NCBI RefSeq assembly: GCF_052425735.1
Contig: NC_135760.1
Span: 10,726,001 to 10,790,000, forward strand
Length of the DNA stretch: 64,000 nt
Direction: 5' to 3'
DNA from: Oculina patagonica
Lineage: Eukaryota
The notes under the pieces are model-generated. The model had not been told where the DNA came from. It saw nothing but the letters and a program-made list of their open reading frames with translations, and ran no database searches. Below, piece after piece: positions 23,013 to 35,400 of this stretch; position 1 is the stretch's first letter; every line of letters starts with the position of its first letter. The position numbers and the translations under genes are program-made.

Positions 23013-25870
23013 GTAGTTAATAAGATAAGCCTGGCCTGAGAGAGGGCAAAATTACTGAATTCTAGCTAGTTCATACAAAAGGAATTTATTGCTAAAATCG
23101 TCTTGTTTGTTTTGTTTTCACCTTGGCATGGAATGGCATGGCGATTCTTTCCTTGGAATGACGATATTCTTGATTCTAGAAGCATGTGCAATTCATTGCT
23201 GTCCATAAAATACAGCATTTGGTCATTTCGTTTTGCAAAGTTCGACTAAGAAATGCACCAAGTTTTTTAACGCTCATAAAGATCCATTTTACTGCTCAAT
23301 TAAACCTTTTGTTTGACCAAGTTCTTACTGCTATCGCCCAGACGCCGCTTATCATAAGATTCTGCCAAGCGTGCGCTACCTTAATTAAATTTACTATAAC
23401 GGCTAGCTACGCGAGCGGGCAAGGTGAACTAAATCCTGTGCTGTAATTGGCTACCTGAGCGGGCAAGACGGGACTACCTTGCCCGCTCGGGATTGCCCGC
23501 TGTGTCCCGCAATAAAAATAGTGTTCTTAATGCCATATAATGAATCCTCCTTTGACCAAACGTGTTCGTTCAAGGTGGCTGGATATTCACCTTGTTCTTT
23601 TTATTTTTGCGAGTTTATGGACCTTGCCTGCGTTCAAAAAAGAACTAGGCCAACAGCCAGCCATTTTGACCTCACGCTTGGTCGATAACCCATGACATCC
23701 ACAAACATACTCGATACTTAATAGTGTTCGATAGTGGTTTACGCTATATATTTTTAACTTAAATTTTTGTCAGCTGTATTAGTAGTTAATGAATAAACGA
23801 CGCTTGATAATGGCTAAACAGTTGTCGTTGCATCCTGCAAGCTTTGACCAACTTAACGCATTGTAAAATAGCTGGGATCCTCGCGACTTTGTTCGATCTT
23901 TCTCATATAGAAAAAGCTATCCTTCATCAGAGCTTACAGAATATGTTCAAGAAATTGCGCACGCTACGATTGGTCAGTTCAAGTAGAAAATAGTTTGCCA
24001 TTTTCAATTCAACAATTACACTACGAGCCTGAGTTTTCTATGAGCGTATAGTCAACGATGCGCAGCCGAGCGGACTGTTCTACCTTCACTAATTTGTGAC
24101 TACCTTTCATCAATGTCTTCTGGCACCGCTAAGAGCCGGAGAGCTTCTCCGGTATCCGCTTGAGGGAGCTATAATCTGCTGCGTCTATCTGATGTGTCCG
24201 TTTACAAGAGGTCTCCGTTAGCAGATGTTTGGCTTTAAATGGAGAGCCAGAGGAAAGTAGGGGAGGGGGGGGGGGGGGGTTCAGCTCAGGCAGTCAAAAT
24301 ACCAGATGAAGACAAAAGTGGAGAGTTTTTGCAAACCAAGAAGTGAAAAGTAACTTAATGTACTAGATTCTCTTAGTCAATGATAGAAGCTAGAGACATT
24401 GAATACACACCAACTGCTACAAGTTGTATGTCCGACCGTCTTTTGTCCAAATTTTTCATCTCCTGTTTTATTAGTTTTATCTCAGTCCGCAAGCAGAATG
24501 GAAGCGAATACGAGCGGCTTTCAGGGAATTGAAGCTTTCTTGTTTGGCCATAAACTAGCCACCTCGGAGAAGATTTTTCCAAGTAGCACATAGACCTCCC
24601 GCTCGGTTTATAATAAAAAGAACTAAAGATACAACAGAGATAGAGAGATCCGGATATCAGGTCTGTACAGATTTCACGTAAATGCCGCACGCATTAAGTT
24701 TGAGAACACATTCTTTAATTAAATTAAAGTTCCTTGAAAAAAAGGACGAACCCCCAGGACAAACAGAAGGATTTCCGCCTGAAAAATCCGTCTCCATCTC
24801 AGAAGCACAGGACCGCCTCTACTGTCTATCGTGATAGCCACGTGACTCCTGCACCATTTTAATCCACCTCGCTCTCACTACCTTAAGGCCAAACATCGAA
24901 CTTTTTGTGGGCCAAACTTATGTCAACGAGCAAAATCTATTTGTTTGCTCATTTGTATTAGGTTCGACTCCTGGAAAGTACGGTGTTTAACCCAAGCGTT
25001 AGTCTACTCTTTGTTTCGCCCCTGTTTTCTTGAGTCTTTCCTCTGCAACTGATTCATACACACAAGCGAATTTAAATAGCTCCCTACTATTTATCGCTTC
25101 TTTCGCGAGAAAAAGAGGACAAACGAAAAAATCCCACAGACACAAATTTTATATATTACCTCTGCCATTTTATTTGTTATACTTCGCTTTGTGACCTCTT
25201 TTTACTCATTTCTTTATATATTTACAGCAGTATAATCCCTTTTTTTAAAACAGTCCTCAATTTGTTTTCATTTTATATCATTGCTAATGATGTTATAGCC
25301 CATGAATGCAGCTTTGCACCACTATGCACCTTGCACCTCCTCTAAGGTAAAGCGAGGTGACAAGTCTGCTAGCTAATGGTCGTACCACCGGCTTAACGAT
25401 TACACAATTTTATCTTTCATTATGTTGAATCAAACAATCAAACTTTTCTTTTAAAGGGCCAATGTCCCGGCTGATATATATCGTATTTTTTATTTTTATA
25501 AGTAGGACCTGTAGAAGGTGCAAACTTCCTTTAGTATCCAGAAAGAAAAAAAAACACCAACAGTAGTGAAAGCAAAGACGCATCCGACTAAAAAGAAAAA
25601 AATGTAATGATTAAAAGATTCAACATTTCACCAGAATGGCAATTCTGATTCATTGACAAAATCAAATTTGATGAGCTATAATCAGTCCCCTTTTATCCTT
25701 GCAATCTTTTACCACAAAATACTTGTTCTTTTTTGCCCTGTAGAATTTTTTTATTCAATCGATTTGTGTATCAAGTGGCATTTGGCAATACAATATGGAA
25801 ATTAGGAAACAGCACCGTTTCGATAATCAGCCAGTACGCTGTTCCTTTAAGGCAAAAAATTGGATAAAAG

Positions 25871-26085
25871 TACTTATTGTTACTTATTTTCGCGGGACTT
25901 AATTTTCGCGATTTTCAAAAAGTCGCGGAATTAAAGACCCGCGAAAATAAATTTTAAACGATTTCTATTGTATTTTTTATGCTATTTACGTATTTTTGGC
26001 CAATTGCGAAAATTAAGTCTCGCGAAATATTCCCGTTCCATTTTCGCGAAATTAAGTTCCCGCGAAAATAAGTAACAATAAGGTA
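25871..26085. mobile_element. TA-flanked MITE
   Basis: cttattgttacttattttcgcggga / tcccgcgaaaataagtaacaataag. Confidence 0.8.
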
Positions 26086-26245
26086 CTTGAACTAGGGGCG
26101 GCTCCAACAAGACGTTGGATGAAAATGTTAATTTGTTTAGCGGGGGCTTTGAGTTTTACAAGTTTTTAATGGTTACGTTTTTTCAAGATCCTTTGCCAAA
26201 AAGGACAAGGCCAACTCAGGGTTTAAACAAGAATAAGATCACTAA

Positions 26246-26598
26246 AGGTCGGCACATACTAGGGGACTAGTCGCAGGGACTTGTCGCAGGGACTTGCTTC
26301 GGGGACCAGTCCCCTTGTGTGTACTCGTATTTTGCATCGCCGGACATTCTAGTTGCAGGGACTACATTTTTGGTCCCTGCGACTAGTCCCACGAATTAAA
26401 CTGGTTTGATTTCTGGGACTAGTCGCTGGGACCAATAGTCCCACAAAATGGTCAATTTTTCACCAGTACACACTAAGGGATAAGTCCCTGCGACTTATCC
26501 CTGCGACTAGTCCCCTAGTCTGTGCCTAGCTTAAACCAAGGCAGGGATAAGTCGCAGGGACTTATCCCTGCGACTAGTCCCCTAGTCTGTGCCTAGCT
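26246..26598. mobile_element. PIF/Harbinger-like MITE (TAA TSD) with duplicated right end, inserted at the WD40 stop codon
   Basis: ~34-bp TIR aggtcggcacatactaggggactagtcgcaggga; TAA at 26243-26245, 26532-26534 and 26599-26601. Confidence 0.8.
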
Positions 26599-29500
26599 TA
26601 AACCAAACTAGGCTCCCAAACACAAGCAACTCCATTGACATCAGCTGTAATCAAATTTCTTTTAGCAAAGCAACAAGTCAAGATTTCACCCTCGTGTTCA
26701 CGATCATCAGATCTGCAAAGAAAACACATAAATCACTACAGTTGAACCTCTCTAATACGGACACCGAAGGGACAGAGCAAGATGTCCGTATTAATCTGGG
26801 GGGAGGGGGGGGGAAGAGAGTATTTTCCTTCCCCTCCCCCCCCCCTCACTGTACATTCAGCCTCACGCTACTTCCTGGGACGCGTTTTCTCCTCTCCCCA
26901 ATCCTCTCCCGAGTACGAATCCAAGATGGCGCTCGCTCGAAAAAATGCATATTAGAGTGGTGTCATCACTATGACGTCACGTTTGTGACACTGACAGCTT
27001 GAAGTGTTCAGTAACAAAAATGAGGCCTACACTTAACTGTATCTAAATTGAGTAACATGCAATTGAGTGTTATGCAGCAATGGCATCAGTAGAGTACTGT
27101 ATACGAGTCCCTGTTTCAAAAGAAATGACCTACAACGCAATGCTGCATGTAAAAAGGTAATATTAAGCACAATTCTAAAAACGTCTAAGGAGAATAAATT
27201 GTTGATGTTGTCAGTTGGAATTGTATCACAGACACAAACTATCATCGCCTAATCACCCGAGTGTCCGTAGTTTATATTAATTTACTCCCTGGAGCAGAGA
27301 TTTAGTGTTAGAGAGGGTCCGTATTGTAGAGCTGTTTTCTAAATATAATATGTGAGAAATTTTTCGGGACATCAGAGATTGTCCGTTACAGAGAGGTGTC
27401 GCAAGGAGAGGTTCGACTGTAATTACGAAAACAATGGAACTTCGTCTTGCTAGGTTCTAATTCAGAATAACAATTAAGGTTCCGGTTGTTCTGATTCTTC
27501 AGAATGACACCCTAGGGCTTAAACAAGAATTAGGGCCTGTTTATATGGAAGAGAGTTGTCCCAGGTAGGAGGGTTACCCTATCCCCCAGCCATCTTTTAA
27601 CGAGCGTTTATATGAGAAAGTTGTCCCTGTTGACCGAGCCAAAACTTGGCCCTCTCGGTTCAAAAGACTGGCGAGAGTTGTTTCGAAACATCTATTATGG
27701 CTGCTTTTTTCTAAGATCAGGAACGCTGAATCGTCGACCAAAACCATATTTTGGACTAATTTTCCACCGACTTCGATTTCAATTTATCTGCAATTTTGTT
27801 TTTGCTGATTTTAATGTTTGCGCATGCTCCGTATGTGTCAACTTGTTCCTGGAAGGCGAGGCAAAAATAACCAAACTGTTTATATGGAAAAAAGTTAGCT
27901 CGCTCCCCAGGGTCACCCTACCTTCAAAGCGAGTGACCCTCCACCCAGGGTCACCCTGCCCCCGAGTCAACTTTGCAATTTCTCATATAAACAGTTCGCA
28001 GCTATTTATAAAGAAACGTATGAAAAGCTCTCTCGCCCGGGGTGGCTCGGTGTGGAGGGTAACCCTCCTACCAGGGACAACTCTCCTCCATATAAACAGG
28101 CCCTAAGATCACTGAACCAAGCAGAAATGTACCTGGTATTACTCCAAGTGTCTTTGCCTTCGTTTTGTTCTGTGGAGTCCCAAATGTTGATCGTCGCGTC
28201 AGATGCCACACCCACAATGTACCTTCCATCCGGAATAAAGGAAATGGCCTGTATTGAGGACAAAAACGCGCGCGTCAGCAACAAGAAACCACAACTAGCG
28301 TTTATTGCTCAAAAGTAGTAATTCCTTCGTTCTGGGTTCGCACCTGCTATACTGCATACCATAAAAGCACTACGGTATTTAGTCTGAGGGGTTATTTCTT
28401 TTTTCTAATACTTCTTTTTTGGGGGAGGTTGGGGGGTAGAGAGGGAGACTTATTAGAGATGAGGGCTCATTTAAAATCATATATCAGTTGGTATATATAT
28501 AAAAAATGTTTTAGAGCTTTCTGGTAACACATTGCTACAAAATAGCAACAATAATAAGTTATTGTGGTGAAGAAATACCTTTAAGGTTGTTGTCAAACGA
28601 GGAAACAATGTTGCGGACACAATAATGCGGACACAAATGTTTTCCCTGTTTGCCCGCACGAGAACATTTGTCGCGGACACAAAATGTGTATCCGAGACAA
28701 AAAAATGTTTCTGATTTTTGTCAAAAACATTTTGTGTTCGCAACATTGAAATGTTTCCCCGTTTGCGCAGCATAGAAACAAAACATTTGTTTTGTGTCCT
28801 GCTCGTTTGCCCACCCAAGAAAAATCATGAGTAGCAATGTGTTCCTTGTTCATAAATTGTCATGATATACCATCTGAGGAGGCGGGGGCTTATTAAAAAA
28901 TTGAACTTTCAGACGAGGGGCTTATTAAAGATTGTGGCTTAAATGGAAGGGCTGGCTTAATAGAGCTTTTACGTAACTAGTTGAAGGACATTGTTGCAGG
29001 TTGCAACCAACCAGCGCAAACATGCTTTTTTTCAACCAATCAGGAGGAAAATCAAAACAACTCCTGATTTGGCTTTGCGCGCACCGTTTCCACTTTTTCC
29101 CGCGCTTTCTTACGGTTGCTCTATGGTATCACTGAATTCACAAAACTAACATAAGAGAAATGTTAAGCACGATATTTTAGAAATGTTGGACTCCCAGAGG
29201 TTTTAGGTTTAATTATTTCAAGGGAACGAGGGATATTTAATGGATTATTTCGAGGAAACAAAGGATATATACCTCTACTATTTACGGGAACTTCGACGAA
29301 AAAGGTTAGTGAACATTTGAATTTATTAATGGGGAACAAGGGAGAAAATGCGAATTTTTTAAGAGATCCAGACTTATCCCTGTGTGAGGACTGAACTATA
29401 AAAAGACTCAATTCGAACCTTCAATTGCTTAGTGCTTCTGATATCCACATCATTCTCTTTCATAGTATTTCCGTGCACTGTCCGCCAAACTGTGACCCTG

Positions 29501-32459
29501 TTCCCAGCTAAAGACGCGAACACCGGATCCACCGGCGAAAATATCACGCTCTTTACCGGTGCGGTAAATCCCGACAGCGTAGTCCCGCATTTCCAGTCGT
29601 TATCCTGTCTCCATACACGGATAGTCCGGTCGTCTGAGCCCGTGAGAGCCACGGCAGAAGCTTTGGAGGAATCATCAGCTGGTGCGGCTCTTATTTGAAT
29701 ACAATTCACTGCAGCGGTGTGCCCGACCAGTTGTGTAACATCCCCCCCGGGGACAAATTCCCCCGCCCCGGGTCGTATCTTGTACACACGCGCGGTCTTA
29801 TCGCGTGAAGCCGAGGCGAGGAATTTGCCATCTTTGGAGAAGGCGCAATGAAGAACAGCATCTGAATGGAGTTCTGTAAAAAGAGTGTTGGAATGGCCGT
29901 TTTCACACTAGAAGACGGACAAATCGTCTAGATGGACGAATCGTCTGACGAGTTGTTCGTCTAGTGTGAATTTAGGATGGCTTTTCGACGACTTGTCCGT
30001 CTAGACGACCAAGTCGTCCTCGAAAAATTGCCTTTCTAGACGGCCAAATCGACGGACAAATCGACGGACAGATTCAGACGACTTGTGCGTCCAAAATCGT
30101 GCTCGTCCCGTTTTCACACTAAGACGATTTATCCGTCTAGACGACAAATTTGTCCTTCTCTAGAGTGAAAACGACCAATGTTATTTGATGTATTGTAGGA
30201 AGCACCGAAACCTTAGCTTAGCTGACTTAGCGCGTGCTCTCACGTTAAGTGAAGCATATCTTATGTCGGAATTTTCGTAGCTCAGTCAACTTCAGGGTCA
30301 TCTCAACGTTTAAATTCAATCACCGGTTTCAATATGGCGGTCGAAAGATCGCGCAGGGATGTCATGTAGGCTGTCATAATGTGTCACGACGTGTTTCTGG
30401 CCAAGAAGTTACAATACAAAATACGAGTGTTACATCAATAATTATTGGTTATTGTTACAGAAAACCAAATAAAAATCGTGCATCATTCATTATTTTTTTA
30501 TGATTTCTGGACAAAATAACCACTTGGGATGTTTGACAAACAGTAAAAAGCTTGTTATATCACGCCATGCCGCTCACGGTCTGTTATCACTAAATTTCGA
30601 TTCATGTAAATTGAAAAGATAGCATAGAGATGATCACGGTAGCGAAAATTGTTTTTCGAAGCACTCAGAATAATGATAACAAATATGCTTAATGCGTAAT
30701 AACTAAACACAAACTTAATAAAAATACTTAATTAGTATAAACTTAGTTTTCTATTTCATTCAGGTTTTACTCTGCAATGCAGGCGTTTTTTATGGGCGAG
30801 CGTTGGATAATTTTGTTCGCGTATTTGGCTTTGGAGTCGAAAAGCCTCACCCGAGTTCGAATCCAAGATGGCGCGCGCCCGATCAAGATACACTCGTGGC
30901 GCTAAAATACACGTGCATTGCAGGCTATCCAGCTTTAATAGAAAAAATCCTTTGTTTTTTTACTCAGACAAATCAGTTGTCTGTCAGAGTACTTGCTGGT
31001 GAAAGTCGTCAAATCCCATTTCTGTAATCACGCCAAGCAATTCAAGGAAATTATCAAGAATGCTTCAGCCAATCCCATTCCCTTTTAGAATCCGATTTCT
31101 GAGACATATTTGTACTTGCGATTTCCGGCCGAAACAGGATTCTTTCCCTTCAATTTATATTCTCTATATTTTCCGCCTTTCTTCGAATTTTCAATTAAAA
31201 AGTCTTAAAACAGAGCGTCGTGGCGATCAATAATTCGTTCTGTGGATTTTTTTAAAAGCACATTGTAACACCACTTTATCTAACGGGAAATGTTCCCTGT
31301 TTTCGTTTGAGCGGCAGTTTTCAGTTGAAAACACAATTTTTTTTATCGAGGGACAAAAACGATGAAACAAGGTCTATGTCTTGGCATACAAACAAAGAGT
31401 TTACTGGCATCAATTCTGCTTCTCTCAATTTTTTGAAAAAAAAAAACCATTAAAAAAGTAAATAAACACTAAATCATTTGCTAGTTTTCTTCGTATGCAA
31501 ATTTATCCCACTTCCGACTAGTCGCTTGTGTGATTAATATTTTATTCTAAGCTAAGTTTGAACAGGTGCAACGCATAGCTTGAAATTTTGCATCCATTTA
31601 AATGCAACCGACATCGCAAACCGTCAAGCATTATATATTTAGTTTCGGCGAATGAAATTACATTTAATCCCACCCATTCTTTTGACTTCAATGCTTTCAG
31701 TAGCAAACACATGCAAATGAAGAAAAAAAAATGCTCCAAATCAAGCTACAAAATTACACCGAGTGGTGCAAGGGTTACACTGCCGCTTCGGCGAGTAAAG
31801 TTTTGACATGTGCGTTGTCAACGCTGTTTTTTCGGCGGTAAAAACAACTTTCGCTTTTTCGAATTTTTCACTGTTAGAAAAAGCACGTTATCGCTAAAAA
31901 AGAAGCTTCAATACAGTATTCAATTTAATCTATCAAGTATACTTATGCCAAGTAAGGTTTATGAACTAAACCTGAGTGTTTACAATTGAATGGAAATAAA
32001 TTCACTTTCCGTCAAATAATACTAGAAGGTATCGTTGCGGTTAATTGGTTTACATAAAACTGTTTTCTGCCTTTCAACGCAAAGTATCCATGTTGAAGAA
32101 TACAATTTAGGTAAAAAAGATACAGCTGAGTTCTTACCTAGACGAGAAGCACGCTTTCCCTTCCTCTCTTTGATATTATACTGCCACAAAATCACTTTTT
32201 TGTCTCGTGAAGATGAAGCTAAGATGGGTCCAATCGAGCAGAAAGCACAAGATGTCACTTCCCCCGTATGCACGCCTTTAAGAGTTATCAAATTCTCTCC
32301 GGTCGCTATTGACCAAAGAATAATCCTTCCATCGACAGAGCAGGTAGCGAGGGTCTCTTCCTTTGGATCGACAGCGCAGTAAAGAACAGCTCCCTCGTGG
32401 CCTTCAAGGCGGTGAACCAAACGCCTTTCGAACGAAGAGCCGCTGTTTCTCGCAGACAT
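26598..32459 (-). CDS. WD40-repeat protein, 335 aa (about 7 blades)
   Basis: Exons 32138-32459, 29419-29873, 28133-28248, 26598-26712 (1008 nt). Repeats include GHEGAVLYC..DGRIILW, HTGEVTSCAF..DKKVILW, HSDAVLHCAF..DKTARVY, GHTAAVNCI..DDRTIRVW, DATINIWD, HEGEILTCCF..VACVWE. Confidence 0.9.
26739..27419. mobile_element. Tc1/mariner-like MITE with internal insertions
   Basis: TA-cagttgaacctctc...gagaggttcgactg-TA. Confidence 0.7.
27533..28103. mobile_element. MITE with ~48-bp TIR
   Basis: gggcctgtttatatggaagagagttgtcccaggtaggagggttaccct matches the reverse complement of the right end with few mismatches; TA on both sides. Confidence 0.85.
29895..30176. mobile_element. MITE with 3-bp TSD
   Basis: ggccgttttcacactag / ctagagtgaaaacgacc; aat at 29892-29894 and 30177-30179; internal tcgtctagacg repeats. 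Confidence 0.8.
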
Positions 32460-35400
32460 GGCTACCAACTTTGCACTTTCCCCTGAAAAAGAGGAAAAAC
32501 CACAAACTGTTTTCCCGTAAAATTCAGTATGGAATGGACGATTTAAATTAGAACTTTCGTCAAATCTAAATTTTACAGTAAGGCGTTCCAAGCTGCCAAT
32601 GTTTTTGTCATCTGGCTGTTCGCAATTGGCACCTTTACAATTCTATGCAAATTTAATATCGGAAGTAAGGCTTGTCAGCCAGTATTATTGTTTTCACAGA
32701 CACATCCATTTGATGGCTAGCAACATGTGCTTATAAAACAAAGCAAACAGAAAACTCTTGCGTCACGTCACGACAATAGATACACTTCGTGACAACACAA
32801 AAGAATATCATGAATTTAGATCTAAAAGGAAAAAGATCAAACATTGGGCATATTTTGAGGCCAGCGTGCCAAAAAATCTTTCTTTTCCAAATGTAAGCGA
32901 TTTCTATCTTTGCCTACGACAGCTGTTTGAGTTAAATTCTAATTTTTGTGGTTCAAAATGCTTTTCTTTTTGTCAGAAATCCATAATGAATCAGTTGCTT
33001 GTCCTTTCAAGCTCATTCGCAATTAATAATCGCTTTCTTTATGTTTATTGTGTGTACGAAAATGAAACAACTTTCAAAACCGTAAAACGAAAGATCTGCA
33101 CTTTTAATCCCCTGCAGAGAGGGGTAAACGCCAACAGACACGGCTGAGGCAAACGTTTGAGCTTATTGCAACCGATCTATAAAGCCTGCATCAAATTCGC
33201 GTATCTGCATTTAGCTATTTGAATTGAAATAACATTTTAGTTTTATTATTTATGTAAAAAAAACCTTGCAAGTTAAATAATTCAGTGTTAAATAAGATCG
33301 AGAATCGGAACTTACCTATAAAATTAAAAGCAGAAAGGAAGAATTAACTCCAGCACAGCGAGTCGACTCCAAGTTGTGTCTAAACGACTTGTCGCGCGCA
33401 ATTGACTGCAATTAACTCATGCGCAAATATTTTTATTTGACATGAATGACATTTCGTTCGTTTTGCTTCATATACACGTCAATCAATCAACCACTTAATG
33501 CTTTCTATGATGTTTTGATAAAACTACGGTCAATACTTGAAGTTACGCACAAATATCATCCTGAAGTCACAATATTAGATCTAAACTGTAGACCATAATA
33601 CAGAAGTTGTGTATGTGTTTATGGGGCGGCAGACAAGAAAATCCCCGCGCCAAAGTTTTTATCCAAAATCGTATTTCAAAAACATGCTTTATCTTTTAAA
33701 ACCTTTTCCAAATATTTTATCATGTTTAGCCAGTTTATTCAACGTGGAGTTAGATAAACTAAAAATGTTTGGTCGTTTGTTCACCACAATTTTATTATCC
33801 TTTTAATATACTCAACAAGAATTTTTTTTCTTTTACCGGAAAACACCACCAGTTCTGTATTGCTTTGGATATTGTCATATTGTACTGTTTTTCTCTCTAG
33901 GAAACTGATGCAAAAGATATAAGGGGATTGTAGAAAAAAAAACATTTTAACATGGTGCAGCACAGCAACTGACTGTGACTACATAATTCATGACGAAACA
34001 CTGCACGGACTCCACTCGCGCGTAAAGCCAACAACAGCAAGTGTCTGCAATTCTTGTCCTGATCTTTTTAAAGGCCGGGACACTGTCCCCAATTTCGCTT
34101 CAAAAACGCAAGAGCCTAAAGCTAAAGACACATGGACACTACGAATTATGGTCCAATTTTTTTAAAAATCACCATGCAAGTGTACTGAATCTATAAACAA
34201 GTGATATTATTGTGATGCCATCAGGAACCTTAGAACTCAACTTGTAAAAGTCAGGCTGAGTTTTTTCAAGTTTTGTCCTAGTGGACTAGAAAACACCTAC
34301 AATTAAAAATTATTTTTGTTCCTTCAACAACAATTTGCTTTATATCTTCATCATGATGTACTTGGCGCATTTCATGTACGGGACAACTTCTTCCAACAAT
34401 ATTTTTTTGCGCACCGTGTAACATGGTACCGGGGACGATTTTTCGCGCAATTTTTGACTCGGCAACACGTTGCGAAGCTTTGGACCCAAGTAAAAAAAAA
34501 ACTCGCAACGTGTTGCCGACATTGTTGCGCGAAAAATTGTTTATTGTTGTTACAAGTTTTCCCGTGTAACAAAGCCTTAATGGAAACGGAAAAGGACGAT
34601 ATGCAACTGTCTCATAATGTTGCGACTATTTTCGGATACAACAAGCGCTATGGACAGGATAATAGTGTTAACAAGAGGCATGTTCCTTTTCAATTTTGAG
34701 TGAGAAATATGGAAATATTTTTAGGGAAGAGAGAGAAGGGATGTCAGAATTTTAAATTTGTTAGGAACAAACTTCCCCCAAAACAAGTGTTGCTAGCCAG
34801 TAACCGAACGTAAACTGAGTGGATCCTTTACTTGGAAAATGTCATTATTTCGTTATTTGTTGCATATTTTAGGGTTTTACTTGAGAAAAATATCCTAATT
34901 ATCCTAATAAGGCATGCCCAAACCAGGTTGAACGAATTCATTTCAGCACCCGAAAAATCTCCGATTTTGCCCGACTACTCAGCGAGCACACGCCGAACGT
35001 CGCTTAGTATGTCACGATTTTGACATCTTCATCAGTCACGACTATTGACATTGCTAACATTCCCAAGTCACCTCGGCAAGAACATACTGTCAAATACTTA
35101 AGAGTCCGCGAAATACCTTGAGAATCAGCTGAAAAGTGACTGTAAATGTACCCAACCCTAAGATGACCTCCAACGACCTGTTTGTTTTGCTATTCATGGC
35201 TGCTGTTAGGCAATTTACAATTAAATTGATATTCGTGAATTGTCATTCTCGTTGTTAATCGCTGTTTCTGCGCGTACAATATCATGGCACTTAACATTTT
35301 AAATTAGGTAGCATTTGTTAAATCTTGCTATAAACACCTTCCAGTGAAAGCTTGCAGAGACTCTCAATTTTCAATACATAACCTGTTATCACAGTTTCTC

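Noticed and set aside
26640-26680. Suspected frameshift or premature stop in the last WD40 exon
   Set aside because: Careful reading gives GCT AAA AGA AAT TTG ATT; the frame is intact.
27612-28106. 164-aa and overlapping ORFs in the ORF track
   Set aside because: They lie within a MITE and have no recognisable motifs. The same applies to most 60-140-aa ORFs in repeats or antisense to exons.
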